From an uncultured delta proteobacterium (GTDB lineage: Bacteria; Desulfobacterota; Binatia; Binatales; Binataceae), in assembly GCA_963711565.1 (NCBI GenBank), contig CAVQEQ010000003.1, positions 416,654-480,653 of the forward strand: DNA of 64,000 bases, read 5' to 3'. Positions within the stretch are counted from its first letter, which is position 1; each line of letters begins with the position of its first letter. The position numbers and the translations under genes were made by a program. The notes below the pieces were generated by a model. The model was not told where the DNA came from. It saw only the letters and a program-made list of their open reading frames with translations, and searched no databases. Shown here piece by piece: positions 26,031-34,141 of the stretch.

Positions 26031-26366
26031 CTACTTCTTCGCGCGCCGAATCGCCGGCTTCGCCGGTTCGTTGTGATCGAGCAAACGATCGAGCTTGATG
26101 CTGAGATTCAGCAGTTGCGAGCTCAGGTGATCGAGCCGCGCTTTCAGGTCGCGCACGTCGCGCTTGGACGGAATGTTGACGAAATCGAGCACCTGCTCGA
26201 CGTTGCGGTCGAACGACTGCTTGTTGGCCATGAAGCGCTCACCGGCCTTGCCGAAACTCGAGCGCATCCTGTCGTTCGACATGATCTCGTTGAAAAAGCC
26301 CGAGACGCCTTCCTCGCTCATCTGGCGGAGCTTGTTCATCAGGTTGTCGTCGTCGCGGCGTGCCAT
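26031..26366 (-). CDS. Phasin-like / PHA-granule-associated-regulator-like coiled-coil protein (COG3937-like)
   Basis: The C-terminal motif NIPSKRDVRDLKARLDHLSSQL is typical of that family. ATG start chosen; the track ORF starts at a TTG at 26375. Confidence 0.45.
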   Translation of the reverse strand: MARRDDDNLMNKLRQMSEEGVSGFFNEIMSNDRMRSSFGKAGERFMANKQSFDRNVEQVLDFVNIPSKRDVRDLKARLDHLSSQLLNLSIKLDRLLDHNEPAKPAIRRAKK

Positions 26367-26406
26367 AATTTTCAACTATATATAGAGGGGCGCGCCGCGC
26401 AAACCG

Positions 26407-26697
26407 ATGACCACAATCGCCAACATTCTAGGTATCGCGTCGGGCTTTGCCCTGATGAGGTACCACGAGCCGCCCGCGAACCTGATCGCAACGTCGATCA
26501 TCATCAATCTCGCGCTAACTCCGCTGACTGCGATCGTCGCGGCGCGGCGCGGCCGCTCGGCGCTTCGATGGACTATCGCGGGACTCGCGCTCGGCGCGTG
26601 GGCGCTCGCCGCGGTCATGATTATTCCGGCGCCTAGCAGCCCTGCACCGCCGCGTCCCGACACCCCGGATTTTCCGCCTACTTCGCATGCTGCTTGA
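26407..26697 (+). CDS. Hypothetical small membrane protein
   Basis: There are three hydrophobic segments and no recognisable family. The ribosome binding site is weak. Confidence 0.3.
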   Translation: MTTIANILGIASGFALMRYHEPPANLIATSIIINLALTPLTAIVAARRGRSALRWTIAGLALGAWALAAVMIIPAPSSPAPPRPDTPDFPPTSHAA

Positions 26698-27849
26698 TCC
26701 ACGCCGCGGTCGGCGCGAAGACTTCGCTCTCGGACTTCGTGCCCGCCAACACGTCGAGATGGCCCCAGTTGTCGAACTTGGTGAATGAAGGATCGGGAGC
26801 GCCGGTCGATTTCGATGCCTCCTCGACCTGGCCGGGCCAATCCGCGCCGAAGTTGGTGCTGGCAAACGCGATCACGGGAATCTTCGACGCCTTGAGCGTC
26901 GCGAGCAGCTCGGGCGTGAACGGATTCTCGGCGTCCTGCACCGACGGCCAGTAGCGATCGTAGCCGATTAGCAGTTTCGCCAGCACGACCGCGTCGGAAT
27001 AGCCGCCCGGCATATTCGCGAACGCGCCGTTGCCGGGGGCCGCGTCGTACATAACGTGTTCCAGGTTTTCGCGCGCTGTCTTGTACTTGGGAATCGGCGC
27101 CGGCTGATCGGGATTTTCGATGACCATCTGCATCAGCTTGTAGCGTTTGTCGTAGGTCAGATGTTTGCCGCCAACGTCGTCGGCATATTGGCCCGCGCCG
27201 GCGGTTCCGTGCGCGTCGGATGGCTCGGGATGAATCCGTCGATGGCGATGATACCCGCGACGTTGCCGGGATGCATCGCGGCATAGAGATACGCGAATTC
27301 GACGCCGCGGCTGAAGCCGGCGACGAACAGTTTGTCGCGGCCGGTTTTCGCGCTGACGAATTTCGCGGCCGCTTCGATGTCCGATTCGAAAAGATCATTT
27401 GTCCATCCCGCGAGCTCGGAAAGATCGCTCTGCGGCGTCTGGGGTAGAATGAAGTGCGTGCGATAGTCCATCGACCAGACGTCGATGCCGTGCTCGGCAA
27501 GGTAAGCCTGGAACGAATAGCGCGGATCCTCAAGCGCAAGCTCGCCATTCATGTTGGTGCCGGGCAGGTAGAGCACGACTTTGTCGGGGTGCGCGGGCGG
27601 ATTCGGTCCGATCGTGAGGCGATGGAGCGCGATCTTGTCGAACGGCGATTTGCCAACGGTCGCCTCGAACGTCCACTCATAAAGCCCGGGCAAAGTGTAG
27701 AGACCCGGTGTAACAAGAACCTTGCTGATCTGACGAGGACCGCCGGCGGCTTTGAACTCCGCTTCAAATGCCGACGCGACCGTGCGCGTCGCGATAAGGA
27801 GAAGCAGGACCATCAACATGTCGAGGGCAATGCGTCGTCGAATCTTCAT
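26678..27849 (-). pseudogene. Secreted alpha/beta hydrolase (lipase-like), split by a frameshift into ORFs 27157-27849 and 26678-27133
   Basis: The upstream ORF has a signal peptide MKIRRRIALDMLMVLLLLIATRTVASA and the nucleophile elbow GFSRG. The downstream ORF continues the fold (...VIAFASTNFGADW...WGHLDVL). The downstream frame is open upstream as far as about 27240. Confidence 0.7.
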
Positions 27850-27943
27850 GGGCCTAATCCTCTCCACGATTTCGCGTCGCCGCACAAGTGCACGACCGCC
27901 AGGGAAGCTCAGTGGGCAGGCCTTATATGGGCGGGCCTTATAG

Positions 27944-28020
27944 AGTGGGGCGGGCCGCCGTGCCCGCCATCGACGCGCCGGCACCGCGCAAGGATGGCGG
28001 GCACGGCGGCCCGCCCCACT
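27944..28020. repeat. Perfect 28 bp inverted repeat (hairpin with a 21 nt loop) in a divergent intergenic region
   Basis: AGTGGGGCGGGCCGCCGTGCCCGCCATC at 27944-27971 and GATGGCGGGCACGGCGGCCCGCCCCACT at 27993-28020 are exact reverse complements. They are preceded by the tandem GGGC(A/G)GGCCTTATA x2 at 27913-27941. Confidence 0.9.
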
Positions 28021-28120
28021 GAATCTGAAAGGAACGGAAGGATGGTTGACCCTTCGCGGTGCGCCGTGCGAAACAGAGTCGTCAGGTTCTCACGCCAATT
28101 ACGCACGGGAGTAAACTTCA

Positions 28121-29041
28121 ATGAGCAAGAAAGTCCAATTCGCCCTGTTCTCTCCGCAAGCCGGACAATCGTGGCATCAGCTCGAAGAGCGGGCGCACCG
28201 ATGCGAAAAGCTCGGCTACCATTCCATCTGGCTGGTCGATCATATGTGGACGCGCGGGATGCCCGACCTCGACCATCATGAGTGTCTGGCCCTGATGGCG
28301 GGACTGTCGGCCAAGACCGAAAAAATTCGCATCGGCACGCTGGTGATGTGCAACTCGTACCGCAACCCGGCGCTCCTGGCGAAGACGCTGGCGACGATCG
28401 ATCACATCAGCAACGGCCGCCTCGAAATCGGCTACGGCGCGGGCTGGATGGACGAGGAGTACAAGGCGTACGGCTACCAGTTTCCGTCGATGGGCACGCG
28501 GCTCAAGATGTTCGAGGAAGGCCTGCATATAATGAAGGCGATGTTCACCGAGAAGCGCGCGACCTACAAGGGCAAGCACTATTCGATCGAGGAAGCGATC
28601 TGTAATCCCAAACCCGTGCAGAAACCGCATCCACCGATCACGATTGGCGGCAGCGGCGAGAAGATCATGCTCAAGCTGGTCGCGAGGTTTGCCGACCGCT
28701 GGAATTGCCCCGCCGGCTACGAGAGCTTCGAGCACAAGTTCAACGTGCTCAAGCAACACTGCAAGGACATCGGGCGCGACGTGAATACTATCGACGTGTC
28801 GGAGCAGTTGCTGGTGTGCATCGGCTCGAGCGACGCGGAAGTCGAGGCGAAATGGAAGGCGGCGCAGATGCTCAAGCCGTTCGTCACCACCGGAATCAAG
28901 GGCACGCCGAAGCAGTTGATCGAGGAGCTCAAGAAGCGCGTAGCGATGGGAATCACGACGTTCACGATTTTTTTCAGCGACTTCGCGCCGCCTCCGACGC
29001 TCGAGCTGTTCGCGAAAGAGGTGATGCCGGCATTTGCGTAA
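28121..29041 (+). CDS. LLM-class F420-dependent oxidoreductase-like protein
   Basis: GYHSIWLVDH, IRIGTLV, RLEIGYGAGW and KPVQKPHPPITIGGSG motifs. Confidence 0.85.
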   Translation: MSKKVQFALFSPQAGQSWHQLEERAHRCEKLGYHSIWLVDHMWTRGMPDLDHHECLALMAGLSAKTEKIRIGTLVMCNSYRNPALLAKTLATIDHISNGRLEIGYGAGWMDEEYKAYGYQFPSMGTRLKMFEEGLHIMKAMFTEKRATYKGKHYSIEEAICNPKPVQKPHPPITIGGSGEKIMLKLVARFADRWNCPAGYESFEHKFNVLKQHCKDIGRDVNTIDVSEQLLVCIGSSDAEVEAKWKAAQMLKPFVTTGIKGTPKQLIEELKKRVAMGITTFTIFFSDFAPPPTLELFAKEVMPAFA

Positions 29042-29750
29042 GACGTTCGGAGTTTGTGCGCCGTTGCTCGCCGCGTTGCTGATCGCGGGATGCGGCAGTC
29101 AGCCGTCGTACTATACGACCCAGCTCGACACGAGCGGCGGACTTGGACCGGGCGATCCGATAACGCACGCGTCGGCGACGATCGGGCAGGTGACCGGGGT
29201 CTCGCCAATCGGCGGTGGCGATTCGGAGATAGCGTTCGAAGTAAATGGATCGCACACTGACGAGATTCACTACGATTCGATTATGACGCTGAATAATCTC
29301 GGCGCGACCCCGTCGCTCGACGTGATGAACGTCGATGCGATGAGCCATAGCGTACCGTCGGGCACCCGGCTGGACGGCGCGTCGAGCATGAACGAGACGC
29401 AGATGTTCATAACGGCGCGGGGTCCGGGGAGTTTCGCGCAGGCTCTCGGAAATGCAGCGAGCTTTACTCAATCGACGGCGCCGCCTCCCTCGGCGGCGAC
29501 CGTACAGATGACGCAGATGCTGGCGCAGATTTCGCAGCAGACGATTGCGACCGCGGTCGCAATCGCGCCGCCGACTCCCGATCAGATCGAACAGACCAAA
29601 CGCGAGGCGCTCGGCGTCGAACGTCAACTGATGCGCAACGGAAAAATCGAGCAGGCGGAGCGGCTGCGAGCGTCGATGGGGAGCATGATGGGTGGAATCA
29701 CGGCGCCCGTTAATCCGACGACGCTGCCGCCGACTGCGCCCAATCCGTAA
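29034..29750 (+). CDS. Lipoprotein, possibly with an MlaD/Mce-like N-terminal domain
   Basis: Lipobox LLIAGC. The segment GDPITHASATIGQVTGVSP...EIAFEVN loosely resembles MlaD. TTG start overlaps the upstream stop codon. Confidence 0.5.
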   Translation: MRKTFGVCAPLLAALLIAGCGSQPSYYTTQLDTSGGLGPGDPITHASATIGQVTGVSPIGGGDSEIAFEVNGSHTDEIHYDSIMTLNNLGATPSLDVMNVDAMSHSVPSGTRLDGASSMNETQMFITARGPGSFAQALGNAASFTQSTAPPPSAATVQMTQMLAQISQQTIATAVAIAPPTPDQIEQTKREALGVERQLMRNGKIEQAERLRASMGSMMGGITAPVNPTTLPPTAPNP

Positions 29751-29772
29751 CGCGAAATGGATCGCCACTAAA

Positions 29773-30777
29773 TTGGACCAGCATCTACTGACCGAGTATC
29801 TCAAACGCAAGATGCCGCACGCGAGCGAGCATCGCGTGGTGAACCTCAAGCGAATTTCGGGCGGCTCGTCGCGCGAGACGTACGCGTTCGATCTCGAATG
29901 GAGCGAAGGCGGCGAGACCCACTCGCGTCCGATGATCGGGCGGCGCGATCCAACCGGCAGTCTGCTCAAATCAGATCGCGAGCGCGAGTTCAAGGTGATC
30001 GACGCCGTGCATCGCGCGGGCCTCAAGGTTCCCGAGCCACTTTTTCTGGAGCTCGACGCCGGCGTGATGGATCGACCGTTTTTCATCATGCATCGCGCGG
30101 CGGGCCAGACCGGTATGGGCGCGTTTCCGGCCGCGGAAGCGGAATCGACTCGCGCGAAAGTCGCCGACGACTTCATTGGCGAGCTGGCGCGGTTGCAATC
30201 GATCGACTATCGCGAATGCGGGCTCGAGATTCTTGGGCCTCCGGAAAATCTCGAGGCTCCCGCCCGCATCCAGGCTGCGCACTGGGCCGAAATATATGAG
30301 CGCGATCGGATGGGCGAGCACTACCCGATTCTCACTGCCGCGTTCGCATGGCTGAAAGCCAACCCCGTCGTGAGCGACCGCATCGTGATCGTTCACGGCG
30401 ACTATCGATCGGGAAATTATCTGTATGACGAGAACGGAATCGTCGCGATGCTCGATTGGGAAATGGCGCATCTGGGCGATCCGATGGAGGATCTCGGCTG
30501 GGCGTCGATGATGTTCTGGGGTCGCGACGAATTTGCCGGCGGTCTGATGGAGCGCGAGGCGTTCTACCGGCTCTACGAGGCGAAGACCGGCCATCCGGTG
30601 GATCGCGAGCGGCTGTTTTTCTACCAGGTGCTCGGCAACGCGAAGATGGCGGTGATTTGTCTCACGGGAATTCGCGATTTCGTCGAGCGACGGACGTCGG
30701 ACGCGGTGATGCCGTTTCTTGAATTGTTGCTGCCGCAATTGTTTGGAGATCTTGCCGGCCAACTTCGACTGGTTTGA
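29773..30777 (+). CDS. Phosphotransferase-family (APH/choline-kinase-like) protein
   Basis: LKRISGGSSRETY, catalytic VHGDYRSGNYL and LDWEMAHLGDPMEDL. A TTG start at 29773 was chosen so as not to overlap the upstream gene; the track ORF begins at 29692. Confidence 0.8.
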   Translation: MDQHLLTEYLKRKMPHASEHRVVNLKRISGGSSRETYAFDLEWSEGGETHSRPMIGRRDPTGSLLKSDREREFKVIDAVHRAGLKVPEPLFLELDAGVMDRPFFIMHRAAGQTGMGAFPAAEAESTRAKVADDFIGELARLQSIDYRECGLEILGPPENLEAPARIQAAHWAEIYERDRMGEHYPILTAAFAWLKANPVVSDRIVIVHGDYRSGNYLYDENGIVAMLDWEMAHLGDPMEDLGWASMMFWGRDEFAGGLMEREAFYRLYEAKTGHPVDRERLFFYQVLGNAKMAVICLTGIRDFVERRTSDAVMPFLELLLPQLFGDLAGQLRLV

Positions 30778-30786
30778 GGGACCAAG

Positions 30787-31239
30787 ATGCTACGTCCGAC
30801 GTTGAATGAACTGCTGAGTGGAATGCAGCGGACAATCATGGAGGCGCTGATGCCCGAGCTGACGTCGCCGTACGCGCAGGGGCAAGCGATGTCGGCGATC
30901 GGGATGCTCGCGCATGCGGCGGCAGTGCTCGAGTCGGCGCCGGCGTACGACGCGGCGGAGATAAAAGATCTGCGCGCGACGTTCGCCGCACTCAAGCGGC
31001 TTGGCGACAAGCACATCTCGAAAAAAAGCGGGCTGCGCGGAGCGCTCGCACGCGCGACTCGCGCCGGCGTGAAGACCTCGCCGGACAGGCGCGCGATGGA
31101 AGAATCGATGTCGGTGTTCGCCGCGGCAGTCGCTCTCGGCAATGTCGATGACAGCGTCGCACGCCATGTGCGCGGTTATATCCGCCGCAACCTCGAGCGA
31201 TCACGCAATCTGCTCGGCGCTTCGTTGCCGACCGGCTGA
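30787..31239 (+). CDS. Hypothetical protein
   Basis: 150 aa ORF with normal composition, 9 nt after the kinase-like gene. A GC-rich hairpin (CGCGAACCC-gcctg-GGGTTCGCG) follows it. Confidence 0.5.
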   Translation: MLRPTLNELLSGMQRTIMEALMPELTSPYAQGQAMSAIGMLAHAAAVLESAPAYDAAEIKDLRATFAALKRLGDKHISKKSGLRGALARATRAGVKTSPDRRAMEESMSVFAAAVALGNVDDSVARHVRGYIRRNLERSRNLLGASLPTG

Positions 31240-31529
31240 GTCATTAGCCGCGCTGCGATCGCGAACCCGCCTGGGGTTCGCGCTACCTTACGCAATGAGA
31301 CGCTATCTCTAGCCATCACCAGCTGCTTCCAAGCCATATTATCTGCGTCAGGACTTCTTGCGCATGAAAATCAATCGGAGTAGATTGCGTAAAGTTAGAT
31401 AGGCATACAAAAGGGTCTGTTAGCTAAATGTATGAGAGAGCCACTAACAGTATGTGGCGACCTTGCTACACATTGTTAGACGTTCTAATTTGAAGAGAGG
31501 CGCGCAGAACAGACTGCGAGGATGAAGCT

Positions 31530-31808
31530 ATGAGCGTCACAATTATTCCTACCCCCGGAATGGCCGGGGGGCCCTGCCGCGGATCCTGCGATCATGCCAA
31601 GTGCCACACGCTTCGCGCGATGGCGGACGAGCGATGTCATCACTGCGGCGCCCGTTTCGGATTCGGCACCAAAGTGACGGGCGAGCCGCCGATGCATCTG
31701 CGATGCGCGCAGAGCATTGCCGCGCAAAGCGGCGCACCGGCTACGCATCCAATTAATGATCCGGCGGCACCTCCTCAGGCGACGGGTCAACGCGGCGACA
31801 AGCACTAG
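31530..31808 (+). CDS. Small Cys/His-rich (zinc-ribbon-like) hypothetical protein
   Basis: GAGGA SD upstream. The pattern CRGSCDHAKCH...CHHC...C is present. It lies at the edge of an AT-rich patch. Confidence 0.4.
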   Translation: MSVTIIPTPGMAGGPCRGSCDHAKCHTLRAMADERCHHCGARFGFGTKVTGEPPMHLRCAQSIAAQSGAPATHPINDPAAPPQATGQRGDKH

Positions 31809-31911
31809 CCCGATTTCGTTCGTCCTCTCGGTCTGATTGCCCGCACGCCTGTTCGGCGTAGCCTGCGGGGTGCGCTTGACACCTTCGGCGTGTGCGCGGT
31901 ACCGCTCAAGC

Positions 31912-33348
31912 GTGAACACCGAGAAAATTGCTGAAGTGCGGGCGCTCCGCGATCGGCTGGATCACCCGGTGATCGACGCCGACGGGCATCTCATCGAGCC
32001 TGCTCCGCTCTTCAACGAATATCTTCAGAAGATCGGCGGGCGCGACATGCTCGAGCGCTACAATCGCGAGCTTCGCGAGCATCCGACCGGCTCGCGCGGA
32101 AATCGCGACGCAGGCGACATGCGGGGTGCATGGTGGGGAGTCTCGAACGACGCGTATGATCTCGCGACCGTGATGGCGCCGCGGCTTCTGTACAACAGGC
32201 TGAACGATCTCGGCGTCGATTTTTCCATCTTGTATCCGACACTGGGACTCGCGCTGCCGACGATTCATGACGGCGAAGTCCGACGGATCGCATGTCGCGC
32301 GCTGAACACGATGAACGCCGAGATCTGCGGACAGTTCCGCGATCGCATCGCGCCGGCGGCCGCGATCCCGATGCATACGCCGGATGAGGCAATCGCGGAA
32401 CTGGAATACGCGGTGCGCGTCGGTCTCAAAGTTGCGATGATCCCGCCGGGAGTTGCGCGTCCGATTCCCGCGCTCGAGCGCGGGCATCCGGATGCGTTTC
32501 CCAACGCTGCCTATTTCGATTGCTACGGACTCGACAGCTCCCATAACTACGATCCGGTGTGGCGCAAATTTGTCGAGCTGAAGATCGCGGTCACTTCGCA
32601 CGGCGGCGTCGGTCTGCGCTACCTGCCGCTCGGACGGCGCTCGCCGACCAACTACATGTTCAATCACATCGGCGCGCACGCCTATCAGCAGGGCGAACTG
32701 TGCCGGTCGATCGTTATGGGCGGCGTGGCGACCAGGTTCCCGGAATTGGCGTTCGGATTTCTCGAATGCGGCGCTGGATGGGCCTGCGACCTGCTCCATT
32801 CGCTCGAAGAGCATTGGGAGAAACGCAATACCGCCGGCCTGGTGAACTACGATCCGTCGCGACTCGATCGCCCGCGGTTGCATCAACTGCTCGCCGAGTA
32901 CGGCGGTTCCGAATTTATCGCGAAGAATACGGCGCGCGCGGTGCGGGCCTATGATGAAGGCCTCGAGCGCCACGATCGCGCGACGGATCGCGACGAGTGG
33001 GCGCTCACCGGTGTACGCGACGAGCATGATTTCGCGCGAATCTTCGGCAACTTCTATTTCGGTTGCGAGGCCGATGACCTGAGCGTGCATCGCGCGCTCG
33101 ACTCGCGCGCCAATCCGATGCGGACGCGACTGCAGCCGATTTTCTCGTCAGACATCGGCCACTGGGACGTGCCGGACATCTCGACGGTACTGCTCGAGAG
33201 CCATCGGCTGGTGGACAAGGAACTCCTGAGTGACGCTGATTATCGCGACTTCGTTTTCACGTATCCGGCGCAACTTCATTTGAAAGCGAATCCGAAATTC
33301 TTCGCCGGCACCGCGATTGCGGATTCCGTCGCCGAGCTGAAAGCATAG
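31912..33348 (+). CDS. Amidohydrolase-2 family (metal-dependent hydrolase / decarboxylase-like) protein
   Basis: The N-terminal VIDADGHLIEP is typical of the family. A GTG start at 31912 was chosen; the track ORF starts at 31837. Confidence 0.75.
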   Translation: MNTEKIAEVRALRDRLDHPVIDADGHLIEPAPLFNEYLQKIGGRDMLERYNRELREHPTGSRGNRDAGDMRGAWWGVSNDAYDLATVMAPRLLYNRLNDLGVDFSILYPTLGLALPTIHDGEVRRIACRALNTMNAEICGQFRDRIAPAAAIPMHTPDEAIAELEYAVRVGLKVAMIPPGVARPIPALERGHPDAFPNAAYFDCYGLDSSHNYDPVWRKFVELKIAVTSHGGVGLRYLPLGRRSPTNYMFNHIGAHAYQQGELCRSIVMGGVATRFPELAFGFLECGAGWACDLLHSLEEHWEKRNTAGLVNYDPSRLDRPRLHQLLAEYGGSEFIAKNTARAVRAYDEGLERHDRATDRDEWALTGVRDEHDFARIFGNFYFGCEADDLSVHRALDSRANPMRTRLQPIFSSDIGHWDVPDISTVLLESHRLVDKELLSDADYRDFVFTYPAQLHLKANPKFFAGTAIADSVAELKA

Positions 33349-33358
33349 CGAGACTTTG

Positions 33359-34138
33359 ATGCTCTCGACTGAACGCAAGCGCGACTGGAACGAGAAGGGG
33401 TTCTTCATCATCCGCGGCTTCATGCCAGTCGAGGACTGCCGGGCGATGCATGCGCGGGTCGTCGAGATCTGCCGCCTGAATGCGGAGGGGAAAAGCGTTC
33501 CGAACGTGTTCGTGTTGCCGGAAAAGAAACCCAACCCGCTCGCGCAAAATCCCGAGGACAACGTCGGCAAGGTGTTCCGGCTTCATCGCGATCCGATTTT
33601 CAAAAAGCTGGTCGAGCTTCCCGCCGTGCTCGACCTCGTGAGCGATCTGATCGGACCGGAGCTCGACTGTTTTGTCAGCCAGTTCATTTTCAAAAATCAC
33701 GGCGCGCTCGGACAGCCGTGGCATCAGGATTCGTACTACTTCGCCTTCAGCACACGGCCGCAGGTCGGAGTCTGGCTGGCCGTCACCGAAGCGACGCTCG
33801 ACAACGGATGCCTGCACGTGATGCCGGGATCGCACCTCGAGCCGGTGCATAAGCACGTGCCGGACCGGCGTCCGCACGCGCAGTATGGCTACACGGAGAT
33901 CGTCGATTACGACATGTCGAAGTCGGTGCCGGTGCTGATGCAGGCCGGCGACTTGCTGGTCTTCCACAGTCACCTGATGCATCGATCGACGGACAACATG
34001 TCAGGCGGGATTCGCGCCGCGATGGTCTGGCATTACACGAAGTCGGGAACGATCGATCAGACCCGGGAGAGGTTCGGGCATCAGAACCCGTCGCACGATT
34101 TCATGAAGATCGAACGTCGCCGTGCGGTCGAGGATTAG
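33359..34138 (+). CDS. Phytanoyl-CoA dioxygenase (PhyH) family Fe(II)/2-oxoglutarate oxygenase
   Basis: W.EKGFFIIRGF, QPWHQDSYYF (HxD facial triad) and a distal FHSHLMHRS. Confidence 0.85.
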   Translation: MLSTERKRDWNEKGFFIIRGFMPVEDCRAMHARVVEICRLNAEGKSVPNVFVLPEKKPNPLAQNPEDNVGKVFRLHRDPIFKKLVELPAVLDLVSDLIGPELDCFVSQFIFKNHGALGQPWHQDSYYFAFSTRPQVGVWLAVTEATLDNGCLHVMPGSHLEPVHKHVPDRRPHAQYGYTEIVDYDMSKSVPVLMQAGDLLVFHSHLMHRSTDNMSGGIRAAMVWHYTKSGTIDQTRERFGHQNPSHDFMKIERRRAVED

Positions 34139-34141
34139 AGC

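Noticed and set aside
28974-30176. 400 aa minus-strand ORF. The same applies to 26376-27548, 31906-33090, 34427-35461, 39077-40204, 10636-11886 (plus strand), 54658-55641 (plus strand) and 240-1820 (plus strand).
   Set aside because: All are antisense to genes with clear family motifs, are Arg-rich and low in complexity, and lack start-site context.
31485-31919. 144 aa minus-strand ORF across the AT-rich patch
   Set aside because: It is Arg-rich, overlaps the better-supported small Cys-rich ORF (which has an SD) on the other strand, and runs into the amidohydrolase start region.
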